The position numbers and the translations under genes are program-made. From an archaeon (GTDB lineage: Archaea; Nanobdellota; Nanobdellia; Pacearchaeales; GW2011-AR1), in contig JAIORZ010000006.1 in NCBI GenBank assembly GCA_021107855.1, positions 32,480-96,479 of the forward strand: DNA of 64,000 nt, read 5' to 3'. Below the pieces are notes generated by a model. That model saw nothing but the letters and a program-made list of their open reading frames with translations, did no database searches and was not told the origin of the DNA. The stretch's first letter is position 1. The number at the start of each line of letters is the position of its first letter. Shown here piece after piece: positions 35,561-44,675 of the stretch.

Positions 35561-36271
35561 TTATTCTAGTTCTATGTAAAAGAAATAGGTCGTTGTGGAT
35601 GTGTCTCCACTGTGTCCATCTTCTAATACTAGCATTTCGAAGTCATGGCTTGCACTATCGAAACCTAATAGATCCTCTTCTAGCAAAGCTGCAAAAACAG
35701 TATTTGTTCCGTCGTATAATAGTACTTCGTCGAAATTGCCGGCTACACTTGCTCCGGTGCTGTCGAAAATTTGTGTACTCATACATTCATCGGCAGTGAA
35801 GCTTGTGCTTCCAACTACGAATGCGTCATGTGTTTTTGAGTCACTAAAAGTCTCATTAATACCATCAATCGAGTCGTTGATATTATAAGTAGTTTCTAAT
35901 GCTGTTCCATCAGCTGTCCAATTGAAGCATTCTATGCTTGCCCATGTTGGAGATGCTATTGAGGCGAAAACTTCTCCGCTTGGAGATGCTAAAGACCAGT
36001 TATACATTGGGTTTCCCGATGCGTCTGCTAGTCGGATTGCTCCTGAAACATTACCGAAGTAACCTTGCCAAGACTGGGTAATTGAACTACCTGAAATTGT
36101 CAGCTCTGTTACGTTTCCTGCATATGCTGAGTGGTTTGCTGCAGTGTCTGCGGGGGCTCTTGTGCTTGCTCCCGGGGTAACTGTTCCTGCTCCGTTTGGG
36201 TCTGCGAGAACTAATCCGAAACTTAAAACTAGTAATATCGTCACTAATATAAAAGAGTGTATTTTATTCAT
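35561..36271 (-). CDS. secreted protein, family B (TTTYFFYIELE C-terminus)
   Basis: Signal peptide; AGNVTELTISGSSITQSWQGYFGNVSGAIRLADASGNPMYNWSLASPSGEVFAS... Confidence 0.65.
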   Translation of the reverse strand: MNKIHSFILVTILLVLSFGLVLADPNGAGTVTPGASTRAPADTAANHSAYAGNVTELTISGSSITQSWQGYFGNVSGAIRLADASGNPMYNWSLASPSGEVFASIASPTWASIECFNWTADGTALETTYNINDSIDGINETFSDSKTHDAFVVGSTSFTADECMSTQIFDSTGASVAGNFDEVLLYDGTNTVFAALLEEDLLGFDSASHDFEMLVLEDGHSGDTSTTTYFFYIELE

Positions 36272-36896
36272 TTTTATCTAAACCTCCTTTCAAATTAATG
36301 TCGTCGTTCGCAATTTCTTGCGAGACGTATATCGAGAATAAGTGCTCGGAATCTAACTTTTCCAATGGAGCGGAAGAAGGTATTACTTCAAGCGAGATCT
36401 TCTTCTCTAAATTTTTTTGTATCTCATTTATTTTATGAGCGGTAGATTTGTCTTTTGATGTGATGTAAACTTTTGGTGTTGATAATTTTGTGTAGACTGA
36501 TATTGATGAAATGTTTTCTAGGTGGTTTTGTATTTGCCAGAATAGTTTTTGTAGGACGATTTGGATTTTTGTGTTTTCGAGGCACCATATATTAACGATG
36601 ACTTTGTTTTCTTCTGATAGGGGAATTAATTTTTTATCTGGGGAATTTTTTGCTAGAGGGATTAGGTATAGCGATTCTTCTGAGATTGAAAAGAGGCTTC
36701 TGGGTTTTCCTTTTTCGAATGCTCCGGTTTTTTGTTTTTTTACTAAGCCCGCTGCTTCGAGTAATTTTAGTTGTTGACTTACGAAAGATGTTGTTGTTTG
36801 TAGTTTTTGTGCGATTTCCATTGGAGAAGATGGCCTACTAATGATTATCCTTAGCATGTCCCACCTAGGTGACGAAAGAAAAGAATCAAGCTCCAT
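36264..36896 (-). CDS. winged-helix (ArsR/TrmB-like) transcription regulator with C-terminal domain; 8-nt overlap with the downstream family B gene
   Basis: PRWDMLRIIISRPSSPMEIAQKLQTTTSFVSQQLKLLEAAGLVKKQK is an HTH. Confidence 0.55.
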   Translation of the reverse strand: MELDSFLSSPRWDMLRIIISRPSSPMEIAQKLQTTTSFVSQQLKLLEAAGLVKKQKTGAFEKGKPRSLFSISEESLYLIPLAKNSPDKKLIPLSEENKVIVNIWCLENTKIQIVLQKLFWQIQNHLENISSISVYTKLSTPKVYITSKDKSTAHKINEIQKNLEKKISLEVIPSSAPLEKLDSEHLFSIYVSQEIANDDINLKGGLDKNE

Positions 36897-37043
36897 GGGA
36901 AGCTAAACCCACAAAAGCTATTTAAATGTTTTGTTAAATAGGATAATTAGTAATTTGGTTTAAGTGATTTATGAGCTTTTTTTACTTATTATGCAATTTA
37001 ACTAATTACTTAATTAGAAGTGCGAAAAAAAATGTTTTTGGGC

Positions 37044-37829
37044 TTACTCTAGTTCTACATAAAAGTAATATGTTGTTGTGGATGTGTCTGTCCCGTGTCC
37101 ATCTTCTAGGACTAGCATTTCGAAGTCGTGGGTTCTCCCATCAAAACCTAAAACATCTTCGTCGATTAAAGAGGTGAAAATTACGCTTTGAGTTGTTGGT
37201 TCATAGAGTAAGACTTCTTCGAATTTGTCGTTTTCTCCCATTCCTGCGTTGCTGAATACTCTTGTGCTTCGGCATTCACCTTCTGAGAACTCAAAATTGC
37301 TTGTGTAAAATAAATCGTGTGTACCTGCTCCCAATAAGGTGAATGTTTCGTTTATCCCGTCTACGTCGTCGGGTTCTATCCCGAAAAGTGCTTCTAGTTG
37401 TGTTAGATTCGTTCCATGTTGTGATGTTGTCCCGCCATTTCCAGATTCATCGGATAGAGTTCCGTCGGACGAGTAGTTTAGACACTGGATATTTTCCCAT
37501 GAGATTGAGGAGCTTGTAGACGCGTAGATTTCACCCTCTGGGGAGGCTAGTGTCCAGTTGTACATTTGGTTGTCATCAGCATCTGCCAATTGTATTGTAC
37601 CTGTTACGTTACCGAAATAACCTTGCCATGATTGGGTTGTCGAGAATCCGTTGATGTTTATTTCGGTTACGTTTCCGGCTAGGGCCTCGATTGATTCGGC
37701 GGCGTCTGGCGTTGCTCTTGTTGAACTGACTTCGGTGTAATTTGCTCCGAATGGTTGGACTGCCAGAACTAGGGAGACTTGGAAAATTATTAGTGAGAGT
37801 ATAATTAATTTAATATGTTGTAACGTCAT
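37044..37829 (-). CDS. secreted protein, family B (TTTYYFYVELE C-terminus)
   Basis: Signal peptide LSLIIFQVSLVLA|VQPFGANYTEV, identical mature N-terminus to 18277-19005. Confidence 0.65.
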   Translation of the reverse strand: MTLQHIKLIILSLIIFQVSLVLAVQPFGANYTEVSSTRATPDAAESIEALAGNVTEININGFSTTQSWQGYFGNVTGTIQLADADDNQMYNWTLASPEGEIYASTSSSISWENIQCLNYSSDGTLSDESGNGGTTSQHGTNLTQLEALFGIEPDDVDGINETFTLLGAGTHDLFYTSNFEFSEGECRSTRVFSNAGMGENDKFEEVLLYEPTTQSVIFTSLIDEDVLGFDGRTHDFEMLVLEDGHGTDTSTTTYYFYVELE

Positions 37830-38680
37830 TTGATTCCTTCCATGATAACTTTTAGTTGGTCGATGTCTTTTGAGAAACTGGTTTTCTTTTTGAGTTCGCT
37901 TAGTGAGTTGATGTATGTTTGTAGTTTTCTTACGAGTTTATCTAGTTCGGTTTTTTCTGCCAGGTTTGTGATTTTGTTTTTGACGAAGCTTACGTCCTTT
38001 GTGTTTTGTTCTATCGATGCTCTGGAGTCTTGAACTTCGGCTTTGAATGCATCCAAATCTTGGATTCGGGTTCGCATTTCGGTGTAGATTGTTTGGACTT
38101 TGTCTGTTTGTGTGTTTATTCGTCCTTCGGCTTTTTTGATTTCAATCAATTCGGTTTTTACTTCTTCCGCAAGTTTTATTACCTCTTCTACTCCTCTGAA
38201 AAATTCTACTTTCTTTCGGGTTTCTCGAAGTTCTTCCATAATTCGGTTCATAATCGCCTCGTTTCCTTCGAGGTTTGCTTTTAGAGCTTCAATTTTTACC
38301 TCTTGTTTCTGTACTTCTGTCATTAATTTCTCGGGTTGAACTGATGAGACGAGGTCTGAGGATTTTACGGCTTTTAGTTCGACTTCTTGGATTGTTCGGT
38401 CACGTTCTAATATCATGGAACGGAGTTCTCCTATTTGTTCTGAAATTCTTGTGAATCTTTCTGAGGATGAGGCTCTGACTTCTTTGAATGCTTCCTGTCC
38501 TGCTTTGAGTTTTTCTATTTCGGTTTTGAGCTTTACTACGTCGGAAGATGCTCCTTTGGAGACTTCTACTGGTGGTGCGGTTTCTTTTTTGGGTTCGGCT
38601 GACTCGGTTGTTTCTGCTGGGGCTCCCTCTACTTTTGTTTCCGTTTCTCCCTCTTTTTTCTTTTTTAAGAAATCAAGCAT
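37826..38680 (-). CDS. coiled-coil protein (284 aa) with low-complexity basic/acidic N-terminus
   Basis: Long heptad-like segments (KLKTEIEKLKAGQEAFKEV..., EVKIEALKANLEGNEAIMNRIMEELRE...); overlaps both neighbours. Confidence 0.5.
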   Translation of the reverse strand: MLDFLKKKKEGETETKVEGAPAETTESAEPKKETAPPVEVSKGASSDVVKLKTEIEKLKAGQEAFKEVRASSSERFTRISEQIGELRSMILERDRTIQEVELKAVKSSDLVSSVQPEKLMTEVQKQEVKIEALKANLEGNEAIMNRIMEELRETRKKVEFFRGVEEVIKLAEEVKTELIEIKKAEGRINTQTDKVQTIYTEMRTRIQDLDAFKAEVQDSRASIEQNTKDVSFVKNKITNLAEKTELDKLVRKLQTYINSLSELKKKTSFSKDIDQLKVIMEGIK

Positions 38681-38994
38681 TTTATTTCCTCTTCTATTTC
38701 TTTAATGAGTTTTTGGAGCATTTTATAATCTCGTTTTTTGTATGTTGATTTAAAAATTTTGATTTTGGATGGTAATAATATCAATTTTGATTCCGCAATC
38801 ATCGCCTTTCTTTTTTCAATTTCCCGCACTTTAGACTCTAATTCTAAGAGTTTTAGGTCTAATTTTGAAGCTACGAGATATTTTAAACTTTCTGTTTTGT
38901 CCTCGTAGTTTTGTAATTTTCGGACTTTTTTATAATGTTTTTTATCTATAATCTTTTTAGAGATTCTTCTTATTTTTTTGAATTCTTTTTTCAT
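38665..38994 (-). CDS. small basic coiled-coil protein (109 aa)
   Basis: K/R-rich N-terminus, LKLLELESKVREIEKRKAMIAESK helix; start overlaps the ATPase stop. Confidence 0.4.
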   Translation of the reverse strand: MKKEFKKIRRISKKIIDKKHYKKVRKLQNYEDKTESLKYLVASKLDLKLLELESKVREIEKRKAMIAESKLILLPSKIKIFKSTYKKRDYKMLQKLIKEIEEEIKCLIS

Positions 38995-41900
38995 TTTTTG
39001 GGTTTAGGTTTAGGGGTTTTATCTTTTTTGGCTGTGGTTTTCAATTGTTCTATCATTTCTGCTTTGTCTATTATCGGCTTTATTTTTGCTGCTAGTTCTG
39101 GGGAAAGTTCTTTAAGCCATTCTGAGATTTCGTTTTTCTGTTTATTAACGTGGAGTTTGAATATTTCGTCGTCTAGAGTTGGGAGAAGGTCTTTTAGTTC
39201 TCCTAATGTGGAGAGCATGGCGCCGTTGTCTAGAGTAAGTGCGTTGAGTTGTTTGTCGTCGATGTTTTCTGATTTCTTTTCCATTACTTTGTCTTCGGCT
39301 TTTTGCACTTTTTCTTTTGCTTCTACTTTTGCTCTTTCTCCTTTTGCTTCGGCCACTGATTTTTTAATTTCAGCCAAATCTGCTAATTCAATTTCTTTCT
39401 TCTTCGGCTTCTTCCCTAATTTCTCCCATTGTTTTACGATTCGTGGAGTTAGTCCTTCTAGGTAGATATCAACTACTGAGAAATTTCCTACCATGATTTT
39501 GTCTTTGACGAGTTTTAGTTCCATTTTTAAATCGAAGACATCTATTTTTAGTTCTTCCAATTGTTTGACTTGATATTCTAGGTCGTCGACTTGGTCGTTG
39601 TATTTGTTGTATTTTTCTAATTCCTCGTCGGAGAGTCTTCTTGTATTGTGGAGAATTGGTCGGAAGTTGATAAAATAGGGTAGACCTTTATTGTATTCTG
39701 CGTTTTGGAACATTGCTACTCCTACTTCTGATTTTACTAGAGATTTTAGGAAGCCCTCTCCGTATTTTGATTTTATTCTTTCTAGGTCTCCTTCTTCTAC
39801 GGTACGGGTTTGGATTTCAGTATTGATGTTTGCTTTTATTTCTCCGACGAAATCGCCCATTACCTGAGAAATTAATACTTGGCCTAGTCCCCACTTTCGG
39901 AATTCTCGGCATCCTCTTTCAATTTGGAGAAATCCTTCGCCTGTTCCGCCAAATTTTGGTAGAAGTCTGTGAACTTCGTCGAAGACTATAAGTGTTTTTA
40001 GGGTTGGGGATTCTTTTGGGTCGGATTTGAATATTTGTCGGATGACGTTTGCTACGAATATGTCCATGTCTTTTGGTTGGAGTTTGTTTAGGGTGAAAAT
40101 TTGGATGTGTCCTGGTTCGAAGTATTTGTTTATGTCGATGATTTGCCTTGCATCTTTTACGGCTCGAATGTTTCCTGGAAATCCTCTGGCGTCTGAGGCT
40201 TTCATTTTGAATTTCGGGTAGAATGACATCATTTTTTTGTCTTCGCATTTTCTTAATAGTCCGGACCATTGGGCTGTTGGGTCGAATACTATGACGCAGA
40301 TGTTTTTCATTAGTGCTTCTTCGATTAGGACTTGGGCGGAAATCGATTTACCCATACCGGTTGCACCTGCTACTATTGTGTGGACGGTTAGTTTGTCTAG
40401 TTCTAGGTATGCTTCTTTGGAGGTTTCGGCTATGTGTCCGAGTCGGGCTGTTCTTTCCCCTGGTCCTGGGAGTTCTGAATAATTCACTGCTACGCTGTAT
40501 CTTTTCTTTTTGTCCATTTGTCGTTTGTAGACGAAGAAGTTTAGTAGAATGAAACTTAGGAATGATATGACGGCTAGGTATAGCCATAGTGGAATTCCGA
40601 AAAAGGCGTAGAGGTAGATTGGTTGGGCGACTTTGAATGGGACGGTGACTGTTGATACTAGGTTTAGGTATTTGGCTTGAATTTTTAGATTGTATTCTCC
40701 GTTTGGTATGTCGTCTGGGAGTTTGATTTGTTCTAGGAGTGTTAGAGATGAGGCGATTTCTTCTTGGGTTTTGGCTGTGGCGTATACTTCTGAATTGTTT
40801 GCGCCTACAACTTTTGAGTCTATGTAGACTATGTAGCCTTGGTCACTTAGGAGATTTTGTAGGGTTATTTTATATTTTAGGTCTTCAGATTGTCTGGCTA
40901 TTGGGTTGAAGATGTCCGCTTTGATTAGCATTGTTTCGATTGGCATTCGTCTTTCTATTATTTCTACTGTGATTGGGACTTCTTGTTTTAGCGAGCCTGA
41001 TATTGAGAGGTTTCCTTTGTATGTGCCGATGTCGCGGATACCGTAAAAGGTTAAGGGGATTTCACCGATGGTATTTTTGGGTATTGTTAGGTGGCTTTGT
41101 TCTAGCTCTACCACATCATCTAGACTCGTTGATATTGTGATATCGATTTTCATTTCGCTTCCGAAATTATATATTCCGATGGTTTCTTCTAGGAAGGTGT
41201 TTTTTCTGATTTCTTTTTTGATTTCTTTTGTACTAATCCAATAGTCGTCTCCGTTTTTTATTGCCTCTTCTTGGATGTCAGAGAATTTATTTTCCGTGTA
41301 AGGACCTGTTTCGAAGAAGAGGTTTTCCGACGCTGGGATAACTTCTGAGAGTGTCATATTTAGTGATACTAGTGGGGGTTCGTCTGAGAAGTTTATTATG
41401 GTGAAGTTGTTGTTATATCCTGAGAGTACTGCTATGACTGTATGGTTTGTTGGTATTATTGATGGGAATATTGAGTAGTATCCGAAAAAATCTGTTTGGA
41501 CTGAGAAGCCCGCTATTGAAACTCTTGCATCGTAGAGTCCGGCGCCGGATGTATCTTTCACGTAACCTTCGATGTGTGGGACGAATAATTCGCTGATACT
41601 TGGAGTTTCCTCGTAGAGGGTTATGTTTTCTTGGAATGAATTATTTGTAAATGTTACTGTTATATTTGAAAATGCGTCGTCGTAGCCTGTTTTTTGTGTT
41701 ATTATAAAATATCCTCCTTCCGTGACCAATTCCGTAAAATTATACCATCCTAGCGTGTCTGTTTGAACTATTGTCCCGATGAATATTACCGTTGCATTTT
41801 CTATTGGATTTCCTAGTTCGTCTTTTACATATCCAGAAAGATTTACTTCTACTATGTCTCCGGGGTCTCCTCCTTCGGGGCATTCGTCGTAGGGGTCGGT

Positions 41901-42635
41901 GTAGAAATAATATGTTAATGTTGTGTTTTCTGGTGTTGGTAGCAACATCTGATAGTTGATTGTGACGTTTGGGCTGTATCCTTTTTGGATGGTTGAGATG
42001 TGGGTTACGAAAACCATATCGCCTGATCCATCTTTCATTATTCCAATGTCGAATATTACATTGTCGCCGTCCCATTTATATGTATAAGTTGATGGTATGC
42101 CTGAGATGTTTTGGGCTCCGAGCATGATTGACATATTTTGTGTGAATGTGCCGTCGGCGCAGTCTGTTCTTCCGCTACAGCTCATAAATGTATTGGCTTC
42201 TGCTACTGTTGCTGGTTCTAATGTTGCGAAATCTACTGTTGCTGATGTGGATGCATAGATTTCATTCCCGTTTGGGTCTGTGGTATCTATGCAATCAAAG
42301 AATAAATCCTGTCTTTCTATTTCCCCGTTCATGTCTATACTTATCATTTCTGAAAATCCCGCAACTTTGAGGGCTAATCCGTAGAGTCCATTCCAATAGG
42401 TTGTTGGGAATACCTTTTCTATTACGACTTCTGTGATTGAGCCGGCTTGACTGTCGATGTAGCTTGCGTATCCTGTTGCGAGGTAGTGGGATGTGAAGAG
42501 GATAAGGAATGCTGAGGTTGATAGGAGAGTTAGGAAAAGTAGGAAGAGTTCTATTTTTTTTGCTCGTTTTTCTTTGTTGATTTCGGCTAGCGCCAAGCTG
42601 TTTGCACGACTAGGATTTCTCTTTTTCCTCTTCAT
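38991..42635 (-). CDS. membrane-anchored HerA/FtsK-superfamily (DUF87-like) P-loop ATPase with a large extracellular N-terminal region and a C-terminal coiled-coil tail
   Basis: TM1 LFLLFLTLLSTSAFLILFTS; ~650-aa ectodomain whose first ~230 aa align with family B (AGSITEVVIEK / TTYWNGLYG / GNEIYASTSATVDF / TLTYYFYTDP); TM2 FFGIPLWLYLAVISFLSFILLNFFVY; Walker A VAGATGMGKS; Walker B/DEAH-like IVFDEVHRLLP; K/E-rich coiled coil at the C-terminus. Confidence 0.8.
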   Translation of the reverse strand: MKRKKRNPSRANSLALAEINKEKRAKKIELFLLFLTLLSTSAFLILFTSHYLATGYASYIDSQAGSITEVVIEKVFPTTYWNGLYGLALKVAGFSEMISIDMNGEIERQDLFFDCIDTTDPNGNEIYASTSATVDFATLEPATVAEANTFMSCSGRTDCADGTFTQNMSIMLGAQNISGIPSTYTYKWDGDNVIFDIGIMKDGSGDMVFVTHISTIQKGYSPNVTINYQMLLPTPENTTLTYYFYTDPYDECPEGGDPGDIVEVNLSGYVKDELGNPIENATVIFIGTIVQTDTLGWYNFTELVTEGGYFIITQKTGYDDAFSNITVTFTNNSFQENITLYEETPSISELFVPHIEGYVKDTSGAGLYDARVSIAGFSVQTDFFGYYSIFPSIIPTNHTVIAVLSGYNNNFTIINFSDEPPLVSLNMTLSEVIPASENLFFETGPYTENKFSDIQEEAIKNGDDYWISTKEIKKEIRKNTFLEETIGIYNFGSEMKIDITISTSLDDVVELEQSHLTIPKNTIGEIPLTFYGIRDIGTYKGNLSISGSLKQEVPITVEIIERRMPIETMLIKADIFNPIARQSEDLKYKITLQNLLSDQGYIVYIDSKVVGANNSEVYATAKTQEEIASSLTLLEQIKLPDDIPNGEYNLKIQAKYLNLVSTVTVPFKVAQPIYLYAFFGIPLWLYLAVISFLSFILLNFFVYKRQMDKKKRYSVAVNYSELPGPGERTARLGHIAETSKEAYLELDKLTVHTIVAGATGMGKSISAQVLIEEALMKNICVIVFDPTAQWSGLLRKCEDKKMMSFYPKFKMKASDARGFPGNIRAVKDARQIIDINKYFEPGHIQIFTLNKLQPKDMDIFVANVIRQIFKSDPKESPTLKTLIVFDEVHRLLPKFGGTGEGFLQIERGCREFRKWGLGQVLISQVMGDFVGEIKANINTEIQTRTVEEGDLERIKSKYGEGFLKSLVKSEVGVAMFQNAEYNKGLPYFINFRPILHNTRRLSDEELEKYNKYNDQVDDLEYQVKQLEELKIDVFDLKMELKLVKDKIMVGNFSVVDIYLEGLTPRIVKQWEKLGKKPKKKEIELADLAEIKKSVAEAKGERAKVEAKEKVQKAEDKVMEKKSENIDDKQLNALTLDNGAMLSTLGELKDLLPTLDDEIFKLHVNKQKNEISEWLKELSPELAAKIKPIIDKAEMIEQLKTTAKKDKTPKPKPKK

Positions 42636-42742
42636 GGTAGGATATGTTTTGGGAAATTAATAAACCTTGTTGTGGACGATAAATTAATGGGTGAGGCGAA
42701 AGGTATATATAATAATTTGAGTTTTTATTGGCAGAGGATTAG

Positions 42743-43459
42743 ATGGGATTTTTAAAAAAGAGCAAGGCACCTGATGAGTTACCCGATTTAGCGTTGGATA
42801 CTCCTGCTAAAAGTTCGGTGAAGCCGACTAAGGTTGTCGAGCCTGTTGTGGAGGAGAAGCCGATTGAACCTGTTGTTGCGGAGAAGCCAATTGAGCCTGT
42901 TGAACCTGTTGTTGCGGCGGTTGTTCCGGAAACTCCACCAATAGATTCTAAACCGCATCATAAAGAAGTTAAGAAAGTTGTGAAGAATGATTCTTCGAAA
43001 ATTGTAGCTCATGGCGAGAAGATGAAAAGCAAACATGAGGATATTAAGAAGCAGATTAGTGAGCATGTTGACAAAGGGGATGGGGTTTTGCAGGACGGTT
43101 TTTTTGATAAGATTTTGGAGGATGTGAATGAGGACATAGGGGATTTGGATAAGTTGGGGGAGTGGTATGAGAAGAAATTTTTGCGGCAGGATGTTGTGTC
43201 GGATATGAAGGGATATTGGGAAGGGAATAAGGAGGATATTCTTATTCAGAGTTTTGGGGCGAAGTATAAGAAAGAGATTAATGAGAGGATTAAGATTTTG
43301 CAGAAGCTCGAGGGGGATTGGCGTGATATTTATTTTAAGTTGATTAAGAAAGAAGAGGAGATGAAAAAGGAGGAGCGGGAGTTGAAGGATACATTGAGTG
43401 AATTTGTGGGTTTGTGTAAAGGGAGAAAAACTGATGAAAAGAAAACGAAGAAAAAATAG
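42743..43459 (+). CDS. hypothetical protein with Pro/Val/Glu-rich repeat N-terminus
   Basis: PIEPVVAEKPIEPVEPVV repeats, then a charged helical domain. Confidence 0.4.
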   Translation: MGFLKKSKAPDELPDLALDTPAKSSVKPTKVVEPVVEEKPIEPVVAEKPIEPVEPVVAAVVPETPPIDSKPHHKEVKKVVKNDSSKIVAHGEKMKSKHEDIKKQISEHVDKGDGVLQDGFFDKILEDVNEDIGDLDKLGEWYEKKFLRQDVVSDMKGYWEGNKEDILIQSFGAKYKKEINERIKILQKLEGDWRDIYFKLIKKEEEMKKEERELKDTLSEFVGLCKGRKTDEKKTKKK

Positions 43460-43751
43460 TTTGAAATCTGTTCGTTTGCTTTTTGGTGTTGGAATTTTTT
43501 TGGTGTTGGTTTTGATTGGTTTGATTTTGAGTAATTTTGGGGTATTTGATAGTCCGAATGAGGTGCAAGTTTTTTCTCTTGAGGATAAGTGTGCTCTTGT
43601 TATGGGGAATTTGATTCATCAGGTTCGTGATACGGGTGAATGCCATGTTAAATGTGTGAATGAATGCAAGATTAGGGAGCTGAATTTTGACCATGTGGAG
43701 TTTGTTGCGCATGATGTTTCTTGTAATGATTGCGACTGTTATTGTAATTAA
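43398..43751 (+). CDS. small membrane-anchored Cys-rich protein (likely start at MKRKRRKN)
   Basis: TM LLFGVGIFLVLVLIGLIL, then CALVMGN...CHVKCVNECK...CNDCDCYC. Confidence 0.35.
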   Translation: MNLWVCVKGEKLMKRKRRKNSLKSVRLLFGVGIFLVLVLIGLILSNFGVFDSPNEVQVFSLEDKCALVMGNLIHQVRDTGECHVKCVNECKIRELNFDHVEFVAHDVSCNDCDCYCN

Positions 43752-44370
43752 GATGAGTGAAATTGACGATAATTATGTGCAGAGGGGAGAGGATTCTGAT
43801 TTGAAATTTTTTGAGGAGATGAAAAATGGGGCGGAGAGGAAGGTGGCTGTTGAGAAATTTTTGGGAAGGTCTGGTAAGTCTCGGAGGGAATTTGAGGCGG
43901 ATTATGCGAAATTTTTGCGGAAGGAAAAGAGGAGGGTTTCGATTGTGAAAAAAAAGAAGGACAAAAAGGTTAAGTTTGATAGGTTGAAGGCGTGGCATTT
44001 TGATTTTAGGTTTGGGTTTTTTGAGAGGAAGAAGATGAAGGTTGATGTTTTGTGGTTTAATTTCGTGAGGAAATTTTGGAAGTATTGGAATCTGATTATT
44101 CCGAAATGGGCATTTTATGTTTATTATAAAGTTACTGGTTTTATTAAGAATGTTTTTGTCGAGACGAAAGATTTTATTTGGGATGCGACTTTTTGGGCAA
44201 AGGATTTTGTTATGGGGGTTTTGGGTGGAGCTTGGTTTTTGATGAAGAAAGGTTATCGTATGCTTTCTGTTGTTCTTGGAAAGATTATGTTTTGGAGGAA
44301 GAAGAAAGTTGTGGTGGAGGGTGAGGGAGATAAGGAGAAAAAGGGAGAGGGAGATAAGGAAGGGGATTAG
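43687..44370 (+). CDS. hypothetical basic, aromatic-rich protein
   Basis: ORF only; K/F/W-rich; ends with GEGDKEKKGEGDKEGD repeats. Confidence 0.3.
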   Translation: MTMWSLLRMMFLVMIATVIVIKMSEIDDNYVQRGEDSDLKFFEEMKNGAERKVAVEKFLGRSGKSRREFEADYAKFLRKEKRRVSIVKKKKDKKVKFDRLKAWHFDFRFGFFERKKMKVDVLWFNFVRKFWKYWNLIIPKWAFYVYYKVTGFIKNVFVETKDFIWDATFWAKDFVMGVLGGAWFLMKKGYRMLSVVLGKIMFWRKKKVVVEGEGDKEKKGEGDKEGD

Positions 44371-44675
44371 GCTCTGAGATAGATTGTTATTGATGAATTT
44401 GTGTGGATTTCGTAGTCTTTGTTTGGTTCGATTTGGAAGTTGGTGCCGACGCCACCGAGGACGTTTATGTATCCGAATGTTTGGCCGTATTGATATGTTG
44501 TGATTGATTGGATTTGTGGGTGTTCTTCAACTAGTTGGTTTGCGTATATTATTGGGAAATTTTCTTGGATTGTGAGATTGTTTCTGCCTGGGTTTAGGCT
44601 GACGCTTAGTGGGTTTTCGGCTATTATCGTTGTTGCGGATAAAATAAGTAGGATTGCGAATAGTTTGGGCGTCAT
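44367..44675 (-). CDS. small secreted protein (102 aa)
   Basis: Signal peptide MTPKLFAILLILSATTIIA; last gene of a minus-strand operon. Confidence 0.45.
   Translation of the reverse strand: MTPKLFAILLILSATTIIAENPLSVSLNPGRNNLTIQENFPIIYANQLVEEHPQIQSITTYQYGQTFGYINVLGGVGTNFQIEPNKDYEIHTNSSITIYLRA

Noticed and set aside
38935-39465. 176-aa plus-strand ORF antisense to the ATPase C-terminal coiled-coil region
   Set aside because: Mirror of a K/E-rich coiled-coil coding region (gives F/S-rich nonsense); no support.
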